The notes under the pieces: model-generated
What the model was told of the DNA's origin: nothing
The model's input: only the letters and a program-made list of their open reading frames with translations
The model's database searches: none
NCBI GenBank assembly: GCA_036848375.1
Contig: DAIUKG010000024.1
Location: forward strand, 126 to 64,125
DNA length: 64,000 nucleotides
Direction of reading: 5' to 3'
Source: Spirochaetota bacterium
Lineage (GTDB): Bacteria; Spirochaetota; UBA4802; UBA5550
In this document: positions 10,504 to 18,092 of the stretch, piece by piece
How positions within the stretch are numbered: position 1 is the stretch's first letter
Layout: each line of letters begins with the position of its first letter
Made by a program: the position numbers and the translations under genes

Positions 10504-11274
10504 ATGGAAAACTGGGTCCTTATACCAATCGGCATCACCATCGCAAGCTTCGCGTCTCTGATCGGCATCGGCGGCGGCCTGCTGTGGGCCCCCTATTTCA
10601 TCCTCTTCAGGGGGTTTGACCCGCAGAAGGCGATCCTGTTCTCGTTTCTGATACAGTTCGTCGGCATGGGTTCAGCGACATCCTGGAACGTACGGCACAG
10701 GAATATTTACTGGAAACTGGTCCTCTTTTTTCTTCCGGTCATCGTTGTCGGAGTAGTTATCGGGGCATTTCTCAATCAGCGCGTGGCAGACCCGCGGCTG
10801 CTTAAAGGCATACTCGGCGTTGTGAGCATTTTCGTGTCACTATACTTCGCCTTTCAGACCGAAAGGTATGATACGGTTCTCACCCTGGACAAATCCACCA
10901 AGCCCACGGTACAGCAGCAGGGGCAGAGCCTGTTTTTCGGGATACTGTCCGGCCTCTTCTCGGTAGGAATCAGCGATTTTCTGGTCCCGGTCATGAGGAG
11001 CAAGCTGAAGATTCCGATGAAGTATTCGATCGGGACCAGCCTGTTTCTGAACTTCTGCCTTGCTCTCACCGGCGCGTTAACGCATCTTTCGTTTACCTCT
11101 CACACCCTGAACAGGGAAACGATGAGCATCCTCCTGTTCAGCTGGATCGGTGTTTTTATCGGCGGGCAGCTTGGCCCGAAGCTGGCCAACATCATCGAGG
11201 AAGGGCGGCTGAAAGAAATTTTTATCTTCACCCTGCTGCTTATAGGCATACACCTGATCTATAAAACACTTTAA
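10504..11274 (+). CDS. TSUP (TauE/SafE family) permease (copy B)
   Basis: LIGIGGGLLWAP, GILSGLFSVG, GGQLGP motifs; about 8 hydrophobic segments. Confidence 0.87.
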   Translation: MENWVLIPIGITIASFASLIGIGGGLLWAPYFILFRGFDPQKAILFSFLIQFVGMGSATSWNVRHRNIYWKLVLFFLPVIVVGVVIGAFLNQRVADPRLLKGILGVVSIFVSLYFAFQTERYDTVLTLDKSTKPTVQQQGQSLFFGILSGLFSVGISDFLVPVMRSKLKIPMKYSIGTSLFLNFCLALTGALTHLSFTSHTLNRETMSILLFSWIGVFIGGQLGPKLANIIEEGRLKEIFIFTLLLIGIHLIYKTL

Positions 11275-11325
11275 TATGCTGTAAATTGAAAAAGGTAGCA
11301 GTATAATTTTGAGGGTAACGTAGTT

Positions 11326-11439
11326 TTGTCATTCCGGTTTTGCATCTTCCGAGTTTGCAAATACCGGAATCTCATGCGATAAATTCATGAATATTTTCTA
11401 TGAGATCCCGGTATTACCTTCGGTAAACCGGGATGACAA
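11326..11439. repeat. Palindromic cloverleaf (REP/RPE-like) element, copy 1
   Basis: TTGTC-[ATTCCGG..CCGGAAT]-[CTCAT..ATGAG]-[ATCCCGGT..ACCGGGAT]-GACAA; same architecture as 60658-60746. Confidence 0.8.
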
Positions 11440-11517
11440 CAAAATGTGTTATGAAACGGTTGCCCCTAAAAATAATTTACTACCATTGAAAAACAAAACC
11501 CCGGGCAAATATTTCGT

Positions 11518-11547
11518 TTGACATTTTAATCGCATTAATTTTACTAT
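11518..11547 (+). promoter_or_regulatory. Putative sigma70 promoter of pyrB-pyrC (near-leaderless transcript)
   Basis: TTGACA 11518-11523, 18-nt spacer, TACTAT 11542-11547; ATG at 11558; no Shine-Dalgarno. Confidence 0.5.
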
Positions 11548-11557
11548 AACTTTCGGT

Positions 11558-12511
11558 ATGAGTTCACTTAACAGAAAAGACCTCCTTGATATCCAGTCGC
11601 TTTCAACTGAAGAAATTAATTTAATCTGTAATTCTGCCAGGTATTTCAAAGACATCTTCACCAGGTCGGTGAAAAGCGTGCCCGTTCTCAGAGGGAAAAC
11701 CGTGTGCACGCTCTTTTACGAACCGTCTACCCGGACAAGGATCAGCTTTGAACTGGCGGCCAAACGTCTGTCAGCGGACATGATCAACGTATCGGTCTCC
11801 ACGTCAAGCGTGGTGAAAGGAGAGTCTCTCATTGATACGGTGCATACGCTGGAGGCCATGAAGGCTGATTATATTGTAATGAGACATGCGGCGTCACTGG
11901 CGCCGCATTTTTTATCTAAAAACATTAAAGCTTCGGTCATCAACGCCGGCGACGGCTTCCATGCGCATCCGACACAGGCCCTGCTTGACGCGTATTCAAT
12001 TCTTGAAAGAAAGGGAACCCTCGAAGGGCTCCGCATCGGCATAATCGGAGACATCAGGCATTCGAGGGTCGCGCGGTCAGACATCGAGGTGTTCAAAAAA
12101 CTCGGCGCCAGTGTTGTTCTGTGCGGGCCGCCGACCCTGGTCCCTGACGAGTTCAAGGTCTACGACGTGGACATCTCATACAATCTCGATGACATCCTTC
12201 CCGACCTCGATGTCATAAACATGCTCCGCATACAGAAAGAACGGCAGAAGGGGTCGCTGTTCCCCTCCCTGAGGGAGTATCACCGCCACTTCGCCCTGAC
12301 CGAGGACAGGCTTAAAAAATGCAAAAGCGACATCATCCTGATGCACCCGGGCCCGATCAACCGGGGAATAGAAGTCGACAACTCCGTGGCTGAAAGCCCC
12401 AATATCATCATGAACGAACAGGTCACCAACGGTGTCGCGGTGAGGATGGCGATATTCTACCTGCTCGCCGGAGGGGCGCCGCTTGAAGACATGAAAGAGG
12501 AACAGTCCTGA
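11558..12511 (+). CDS. pyrB: Aspartate carbamoyltransferase catalytic subunit
   Basis: [42 protein letters not shown] motifs. Confidence 0.97.
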   Translation: MSSLNRKDLLDIQSLSTEEINLICNSARYFKDIFTRSVKSVPVLRGKTVCTLFYEPSTRTRISFELAAKRLSADMINVSVSTSSVVKGESLIDTVHTLEAMKADYIVMRHAASLAPHFLSKNIKASVINAGDGFHAHPTQALLDAYSILERKGTLEGLRIGIIGDIRHSRVARSDIEVFKKLGASVVLCGPPTLVPDEFKVYDVDISYNLDDILPDLDVINMLRIQKERQKGSLFPSLREYHRHFALTEDRLKKCKSDIILMHPGPINRGIEVDNSVAESPNIIMNEQVTNGVAVRMAIFYLLAGGAPLEDMKEEQS

Positions 12512-13788
12512 TGGATATAGTCATAAAAAACGGACGGGTAATCGACCCCGCATCAGCAACCGACGACACCCTGGACGTCCTCATCAGGGACGACCGGATC
12601 GAGGACATCGACAAGAAGATATCATTCTCGGACGGGGACGGGGTTATCGACGCAGCGGGGTGCCTGGTGCTTCCGGGCCTGATCGACATGCATGTCCACT
12701 TGAGGGAGCCGGGCCGCGAGGATGTTGAAACGATTATCGGCGGTTCACAGGTCGCCGCGAAATCGGGCTACACCGGAGTGTGCACCATGCCGAACACAAG
12801 CCCGGTGATCGACAACCAGGCGCTGGTGCGGTTCATCAAGCTCGAAGCGGAAAAGGGCCCCATCAACGTGTATCCCATGGCAACCATAACCAAAGGCGGG
12901 AAAGGGGAAGAGATATCCGAGATGGGAGAGCTTATCAAGGCCGGAGCGGTCGCTTTTACCGATGACGGGCTCCCGGTGATGAGCTCCATCCTGATGCGCC
13001 GCGCCCTTGAGTATTCGCGGATGTTCAATGTCCCCATCGTGACCCACTCTGAAGACCTGCTGCTCACGGACGACGGGATCATGAACGAAGGGATCAATTC
13101 GACACTGCTCGGGCTCAAGGGAATTCCGAAAGAATCAGAAGAGACCATGATCGCGCGCGACACGATTCTCACGCGCCTTACCAAGGGTAGGCTTCACGTG
13201 TGCCACGTGTCTTCCGCCGGGTCTGTGGAGATCATCGGGATGGCAAAAAAAAGCGGCATAAATGTCACCTGCGAAACCGCGCCGCACTATTTCGCCCTGA
13301 CTGACGACGCTGTTGCCGAATGGATGTCAATGGCGAAGATGAAGCCGCCGCTGCGCAGCGGGGAAGACCGGAAGGCCATAATTGAGGGACTGAAAAGCGG
13401 CGTGATTGACGTCATAGCAACCGACCACGCGCCCCATTCCCTGAACGAGAAAATGCAGGAAATGGAATACGCGCCGTTCGGGATCGTGGGCCTTGAAACG
13501 GCAGTGCCCCTGATCATCACGATCCTGGTGCGCGAAAACAATTTCAGCTACCTGCAGGCTTTTGAAAAAGTGACGGTCAACCCGGCGAAAATACTCAAAA
13601 TCGACCGCGGCACGATCGAGAAAGGAGGCGCCGCGGACATCACCATAATCAATCCGGACGCGGCCGTGGACATCACCAACGAATTCATGCTGTCGCGCTG
13701 TAAAAATTCCCCCTTTATCGGCCGCAGGCTGTACGGCAGGATTGAATACACCATCTGCGGCGGCAACATCGTGTATTCATCCCGCTGA
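12511..13788 (+). CDS. pyrC: Dihydroorotase (type I, multifunctional-complex type)
   Basis: PGLIDMHVHLREPG, CTMPNT, HSED, HVCHVS, ATDHAPH; TGATG overlap with pyrB stop. Confidence 0.95.
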   Translation: MDIVIKNGRVIDPASATDDTLDVLIRDDRIEDIDKKISFSDGDGVIDAAGCLVLPGLIDMHVHLREPGREDVETIIGGSQVAAKSGYTGVCTMPNTSPVIDNQALVRFIKLEAEKGPINVYPMATITKGGKGEEISEMGELIKAGAVAFTDDGLPVMSSILMRRALEYSRMFNVPIVTHSEDLLLTDDGIMNEGINSTLLGLKGIPKESEETMIARDTILTRLTKGRLHVCHVSSAGSVEIIGMAKKSGINVTCETAPHYFALTDDAVAEWMSMAKMKPPLRSGEDRKAIIEGLKSGVIDVIATDHAPHSLNEKMQEMEYAPFGIVGLETAVPLIITILVRENNFSYLQAFEKVTVNPAKILKIDRGTIEKGGAADITIINPDAAVDITNEFMLSRCKNSPFIGRRLYGRIEYTICGGNIVYSSR

Positions 13789-13789
13789 A

Positions 13790-14629
13790 TCACTCAACCT
13801 GATACGCAACGACCCTGTTATTAAAAAATGTCGGAACCAGCAGCATCTTTTCGGACGCGATGTACTCCATGTCCGCGGCATTAATGTTCCGGTCAGTCGT
13901 GTTTTGTAAAAGGACCGAAGGCCTGCCCGGCGCGATCAGATGGATTTTGCCCTTCCAGTCGCTGACAATGAAGCGGTCGCTGCCAAAAGACCTCAGCCCG
14001 TCTATGCCTCCGGCGTGGGGGACAAACAGGGAGACATCGCCGATCCCCGGCTTGATCCTCAGAAGCCCCTGGTCGGTCCCGGTGAACAGGTCCCCTTCAC
14101 ACATGAGCATGCCGTTCACGCCGGTGTAGTTCCTGAGCTCCAGCCACACCGAAAGCGAGCCATTCTTGAGCGCATAGATCCTGTTCGCGGCCATGTCCGA
14201 GACATATACCGTGCCCGAATGGTCAATCGCGATGTCATTAAGGAACTGCGCGCCTTTCGCGGCATGAAATTTCACGATCTTCCCTTTGGGAATGCTTACT
14301 TCCGCGAGCCGGTCAATATCGGTAACAAAAAGGGTTTCACCCTTAAGGCCCATTCCCTTGGGGGCGTTCAGGCCGCTGACCCACTTCCCGGTCAGGATCT
14401 CTCCGGCAAGGGAAACCCGCGAAAGATATCCGGCCCCGTTTTTTTCAGTAGGCATGCCGTTGATGTTTGACACATACAGGACATCCCGCTTTTCATCATA
14501 ATAAACCGATTCAGGGACCTGGAGCTTATCGGGAGTTGACCATTTTTCGGTGAGCACGGGGTTGCTGTTTTTACACATAACAAAGACTGTTGCGGTCAGC
14601 AGAGCCAGGAAGAGGGCCGTGTTTTTCAT
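13790..14629 (-). CDS. SMP-30/gluconolactonase-like beta-propeller lipoprotein
   Basis: Start moved to ATG 14629 (AGGAGG RBS); lipobox-like FVMC; PESV, LNAPKGM, FLNDIAID, GIDGL, NAADM repeats. Confidence 0.78.
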   Translation of the reverse strand: MKNTALFLALLTATVFVMCKNSNPVLTEKWSTPDKLQVPESVYYDEKRDVLYVSNINGMPTEKNGAGYLSRVSLAGEILTGKWVSGLNAPKGMGLKGETLFVTDIDRLAEVSIPKGKIVKFHAAKGAQFLNDIAIDHSGTVYVSDMAANRIYALKNGSLSVWLELRNYTGVNGMLMCEGDLFTGTDQGLLRIKPGIGDVSLFVPHAGGIDGLRSFGSDRFIVSDWKGKIHLIAPGRPSVLLQNTTDRNINAADMEYIASEKMLLVPTFFNNRVVAYQVE

Positions 14630-14751
14630 AATGACCTCCTTTAACAAGCATGTTGACCCGGGCATTTCCGGGAATACTGTTTGACATCGAAGCTTTCTCA
14701 ACGGTACCGTGGAGGATGAAAATTGCAAGATATTAATAATGCGATGCATTC

Positions 14752-15942
14752 ATGATGCTGAAAAACCCGGCAGAGGTAAAAATTTTTCATACAAAATATT
14801 TACTTGTACTGGCCGTAGTGGCGCTATCTGCTCTCATCCTCTCGATAACAGCATGCATTTCGATGAGCAGAAAAAAATTTGAAGGGGAACACAGGATGAA
14901 AATTATTTCTTCCCCGAACTACCGCAACGGAAAGTTCGAAAACCTGACCGGTACGGAACTCAACCTGGGCCGTTCTTTCTGCTCATTGATGAAAGAATAT
15001 TTGTGGGGAAAACAGGAGCGCGTCCCGAAATCGCCGCTTCCCTTTGTCAGGCTCAGGTCCGGTTCATTCACCCCCGTGAGCCGGGGGCTGCGCGTGACCT
15101 GGCTCGGGCATTCCTCCGCCGTGATTGAAATCGAGGGCCTTCTTCTCATTCTGGACCCGGTGTTCAGCACCTGGGCTTCGCCCCTTCAGGGGGCAGGGCC
15201 GCGAAGGTTCACGAAGGAAATTCCTCTTGTTCCCGAAGACATGCCCGGTGTGGACGCGGTGATCATCTCCCATGACCACTATGACCACCTCGATTACCCT
15301 ACCATCAAAAAAATACATCACCGGGCAGCGCGCTTTCTCGTCCCCCTCGGCGTGGGCGCCTACCTTGAAAAATGGGGCGTTCCGGGAGAAAAAATCTCCG
15401 AGTTCGACTGGGGCGAACACCTTGACATCGGCGGCGTGCGGATCACCGCAGCCCCGGCCCGCCATTTTTCGGGAAGGGGGCCGGCGAACCGCAACCAGAC
15501 CCTGTGGGCATCCTGGATCATTAAGGGAAAAAATTTCAGTGTCTATTACAGCGGCGACTCGTCATACTCGCCGTCTTTCAAAGATATCGGTGACAGCTAC
15601 GGGCCGTTTAACGTCACCCTGATTGAAACCGGCCAGTACAGCCCCTACTGGCCCGAGGTGCACATGACTCCCGAGGAATCGCTCCAGGCGCACATTGACC
15701 TCAGGGGGGATGTCATGGTCCCGGTGCACTGGGGATCATTCTGCATCTCGTTTCACGACTGGTTCGAGCCGGTCGAGCGCCTGGTCAGGGCCGCGGATGA
15801 AAGGAAACAGACCGTGGCAACGCCGGTCCCTGGTGAGCGAATTACCTGCGGGCAGGATCTGCCGCTGAAAAGATGGTGGAGGGAAGGAAGGCAGTCACTC
15901 ACGCATAAAAGTGTCCCTGACCCTGAACCGGCGGGGATGTGA
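14752..15942 (+). CDS. MBL-fold metallo-hydrolase (RomA/NAPE-PLD-like)
   Basis: TWLGHSS, ISHDHYDHLD, PARHFSGR, YYSGDS, PVHWG. Confidence 0.88.
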   Translation: MMLKNPAEVKIFHTKYLLVLAVVALSALILSITACISMSRKKFEGEHRMKIISSPNYRNGKFENLTGTELNLGRSFCSLMKEYLWGKQERVPKSPLPFVRLRSGSFTPVSRGLRVTWLGHSSAVIEIEGLLLILDPVFSTWASPLQGAGPRRFTKEIPLVPEDMPGVDAVIISHDHYDHLDYPTIKKIHHRAARFLVPLGVGAYLEKWGVPGEKISEFDWGEHLDIGGVRITAAPARHFSGRGPANRNQTLWASWIIKGKNFSVYYSGDSSYSPSFKDIGDSYGPFNVTLIETGQYSPYWPEVHMTPEESLQAHIDLRGDVMVPVHWGSFCISFHDWFEPVERLVRAADERKQTVATPVPGERITCGQDLPLKRWWREGRQSLTHKSVPDPEPAGM

Positions 15943-15952
15943 ACCTCTCCGA

Positions 15953-16609
15953 TCAATTGTCCTGCATTTCATCAGACTCGTGGATGTGCACACCGGGAAT
16001 ATTCATCCCCGCGCCTTTGAGCATTGAGCGGGCTACCCTGTCCGCGCTGATCGCGCGGTATTTCTTCAGCGGCCCTCCCATCAGCGGTGAAACGGCCCTC
16101 ATGACCACGGAGGCGATTACCTCGCCGGGCCGTGACTCATCCCTTTGTCCGAGAAGAAGAGAAGGCCTGAAAATATGAAGCGCGTCAAACCCGACATTCC
16201 TGAGATCCTGTTCGACAGTTCCTTTAACGCGGTTGTAAAATATCTTTGAAGCCGGGTTTGCGCCCATTGCCGAGATGACCAGAAAAACCCCGGCGCCATG
16301 AGCGCGGGCGGCACGGGCAACAGCGAGAACGTAGTCATGGTCAACTTTGATGAAATTCTGTTGCGTGCCGGCCTTTTTTATGGTGGTACCCAGACAGCAG
16401 AAAACATCATCCCCCGTCATTTCAGATAAATGATTTTCCAGGTCATCAAAATTTACCCGCAGTTCGTTCAGTTTCCGGTGAGACAGGCCCGTTGGCCTTC
16501 GCACAAGGACCGTGACCCGTTCATAGCGGTCACTTTCAAGAAGCAGTTGCAGGCACTTTCCGCCAACAAGGCCGGTGGCCCCCACAAGGAGGGCCGTTTT
16601 CTGTTTCAT
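15953..16609 (-). CDS. NAD(P)-binding Rossmann protein (TIP30/YraR-like atypical SDR)
   Basis: LLVGATGLVG, FCCLGTTIKKAG, YNRVKG, RPSLLLG. Confidence 0.88.
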   Translation of the reverse strand: MKQKTALLVGATGLVGGKCLQLLLESDRYERVTVLVRRPTGLSHRKLNELRVNFDDLENHLSEMTGDDVFCCLGTTIKKAGTQQNFIKVDHDYVLAVARAARAHGAGVFLVISAMGANPASKIFYNRVKGTVEQDLRNVGFDALHIFRPSLLLGQRDESRPGEVIASVVMRAVSPLMGGPLKKYRAISADRVARSMLKGAGMNIPGVHIHESDEMQDN

Positions 16610-16611
16610 GG

Positions 16612-16887
16612 TTAATTCCCCGAACAGTATCCCTTGCCAAAACTGTTTTTTTCGCAGGACCCGGAACCGATGCAGTCCGAATCAACATTGCACGGCTTGC
16701 CGGTTTTGCCGGAACTGCCGAAATCGAAAGCCTTTTCCTTTACGCAAACTCCGTCATTGCATTCCAGGCCAAAACCGCATTCTGAATCGCTGAAACACTT
16801 GTCGCCCTTGCTTTTGCTGTCCGCGTTATGGGTTAACAGCACCGCAACAAACAGCAATGAGATTGAAAGAATGGAAATTTTATACAT
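16612..16887 (-). CDS. Small secreted Cys-rich protein with two C-x2-D-x-[ED]-C modules
   Basis: 91 aa; signal peptide; CFSDSECGFGLECNDGVC and CNVDSDCIGSGSCEKNSFGKGYC; AGGAG RBS. Confidence 0.7.
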   Translation of the reverse strand: MYKISILSISLLFVAVLLTHNADSKSKGDKCFSDSECGFGLECNDGVCVKEKAFDFGSSGKTGKPCNVDSDCIGSGSCEKNSFGKGYCSGN

Positions 16888-16949
16888 ACTGTCTCTCCTC
16901 GGATAATTTTTACACTACCCTATAGAGCTATTTCGTATAAAGTCAATTC

Positions 16950-17996
16950 TTATTTTAGCTCGTATTTTTCTATTTCAGGTCTGGCCCTGTCAAAATTTAC
17001 ATCATCAAGAATTTTTTTGGACTTTTCGCCGTACGCTCCCATGATCCGGTCTACAGCTTTATTGAAGTCATCCTTCAGCGCCTGTATCTGCGCGTGGCTC
17101 TTCTGCTGGACCTCGTTGACCCGGTCAGCTTCCTTTTTTATGCGCTCAAATTCGCGGTACACCGTGTCGCGGCGCTTTTTGCAGTCGCTGATAATGATTT
17201 CCAGGGCGCTTGCGGCTGTTTCAGTCAGGATTATATTGTCCTCAAGGTTCTCTTCGGCAGCGTCAATGGCGCGGCCTGCCCGGTTCAGGTCATTGCTGTT
17301 TTTTGCTGAAGCAACCATTTTCCCGGCGCTCTTGATATCGTTCTTGGTACCGTCATTTTCTTTTCCCAGGCTCTGTACATACTCGTCATATCTCTTCGCG
17401 TTGTCCGACGGTGACTTTTCCAATTCCCCTTCTTTTTCCTCGAGCCACTGCGCAAGTTCCTGTTTGGAATCCTTTTCCGGTTTTTCTGAAACAACAGCTT
17501 CGGCCCGCTCTCCTTTTTGCAGCGAGACCTCCCCGTCAGGATTTGAGACCTCGACAACCCCTTCTTTTACCTCGACCCGCGAATCCCCGTTTTCGGCAAC
17601 CGCAACGTCGAATTCGGTTCCCCGCACCGCACAAACCGCGGAGGTGCCGTATATCTTATGGCTCCCGTGCGCGATTTTCTGGGACTTGCCGGTAACGCTG
17701 CCGAGAATCAGGGCCGGGTTTTCCGATTTTTTCAGCGAAGGGCTGCCGATCCGCACCGTGCTTTTCTCCCTGACGATCACTTTGCTGTTATCGCTGTATA
17801 CGATCTCAACCATTCCGTTGGACCCGGTTTTAATGATATCGCCGCTCTGAAGCTGGATGCCGGTCGTGATCCGGACCGCCTTTCCCTGGCGTATTATTTT
17901 CACATCGCCCACGTAAAACGAAACCTGTATGGCATGAGCCATGACTGAAAACAGCATGACAAAAGAAAAAACTAAAACGACCTTTTTAAACTGCAT
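16950..17996 (-). CDS. FecR-domain secreted protein with C-terminal coiled coil
   Basis: Start moved to ATG 17996; signal peptide; GDIIKTG, AVRGTEFDV, VEVKEGVVEV FecR-like motifs; charged helical C-terminal half. Confidence 0.78.
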   Translation of the reverse strand: MQFKKVVLVFSFVMLFSVMAHAIQVSFYVGDVKIIRQGKAVRITTGIQLQSGDIIKTGSNGMVEIVYSDNSKVIVREKSTVRIGSPSLKKSENPALILGSVTGKSQKIAHGSHKIYGTSAVCAVRGTEFDVAVAENGDSRVEVKEGVVEVSNPDGEVSLQKGERAEAVVSEKPEKDSKQELAQWLEEKEGELEKSPSDNAKRYDEYVQSLGKENDGTKNDIKSAGKMVASAKNSNDLNRAGRAIDAAEENLEDNIILTETAASALEIIISDCKKRRDTVYREFERIKKEADRVNEVQQKSHAQIQALKDDFNKAVDRIMGAYGEKSKKILDDVNFDRARPEIEKYELK

Positions 17997-18092
17997 AAGG
18001 CCCCCCTTCTTCATTCAGTAATGTCCGCGGGAAAACTATATAAAACGCAATTTAACACTACACGGGAACATGAAAAAAACAAGTAAAATATG

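Noticed and set aside
8200-11274. Idea that the TauE-like genes are magnetosome mamO-type genes
   Set aside because: No mamA/B/E/K/M/P/Q-like genes or PDZ/magnetochrome motifs in the window.
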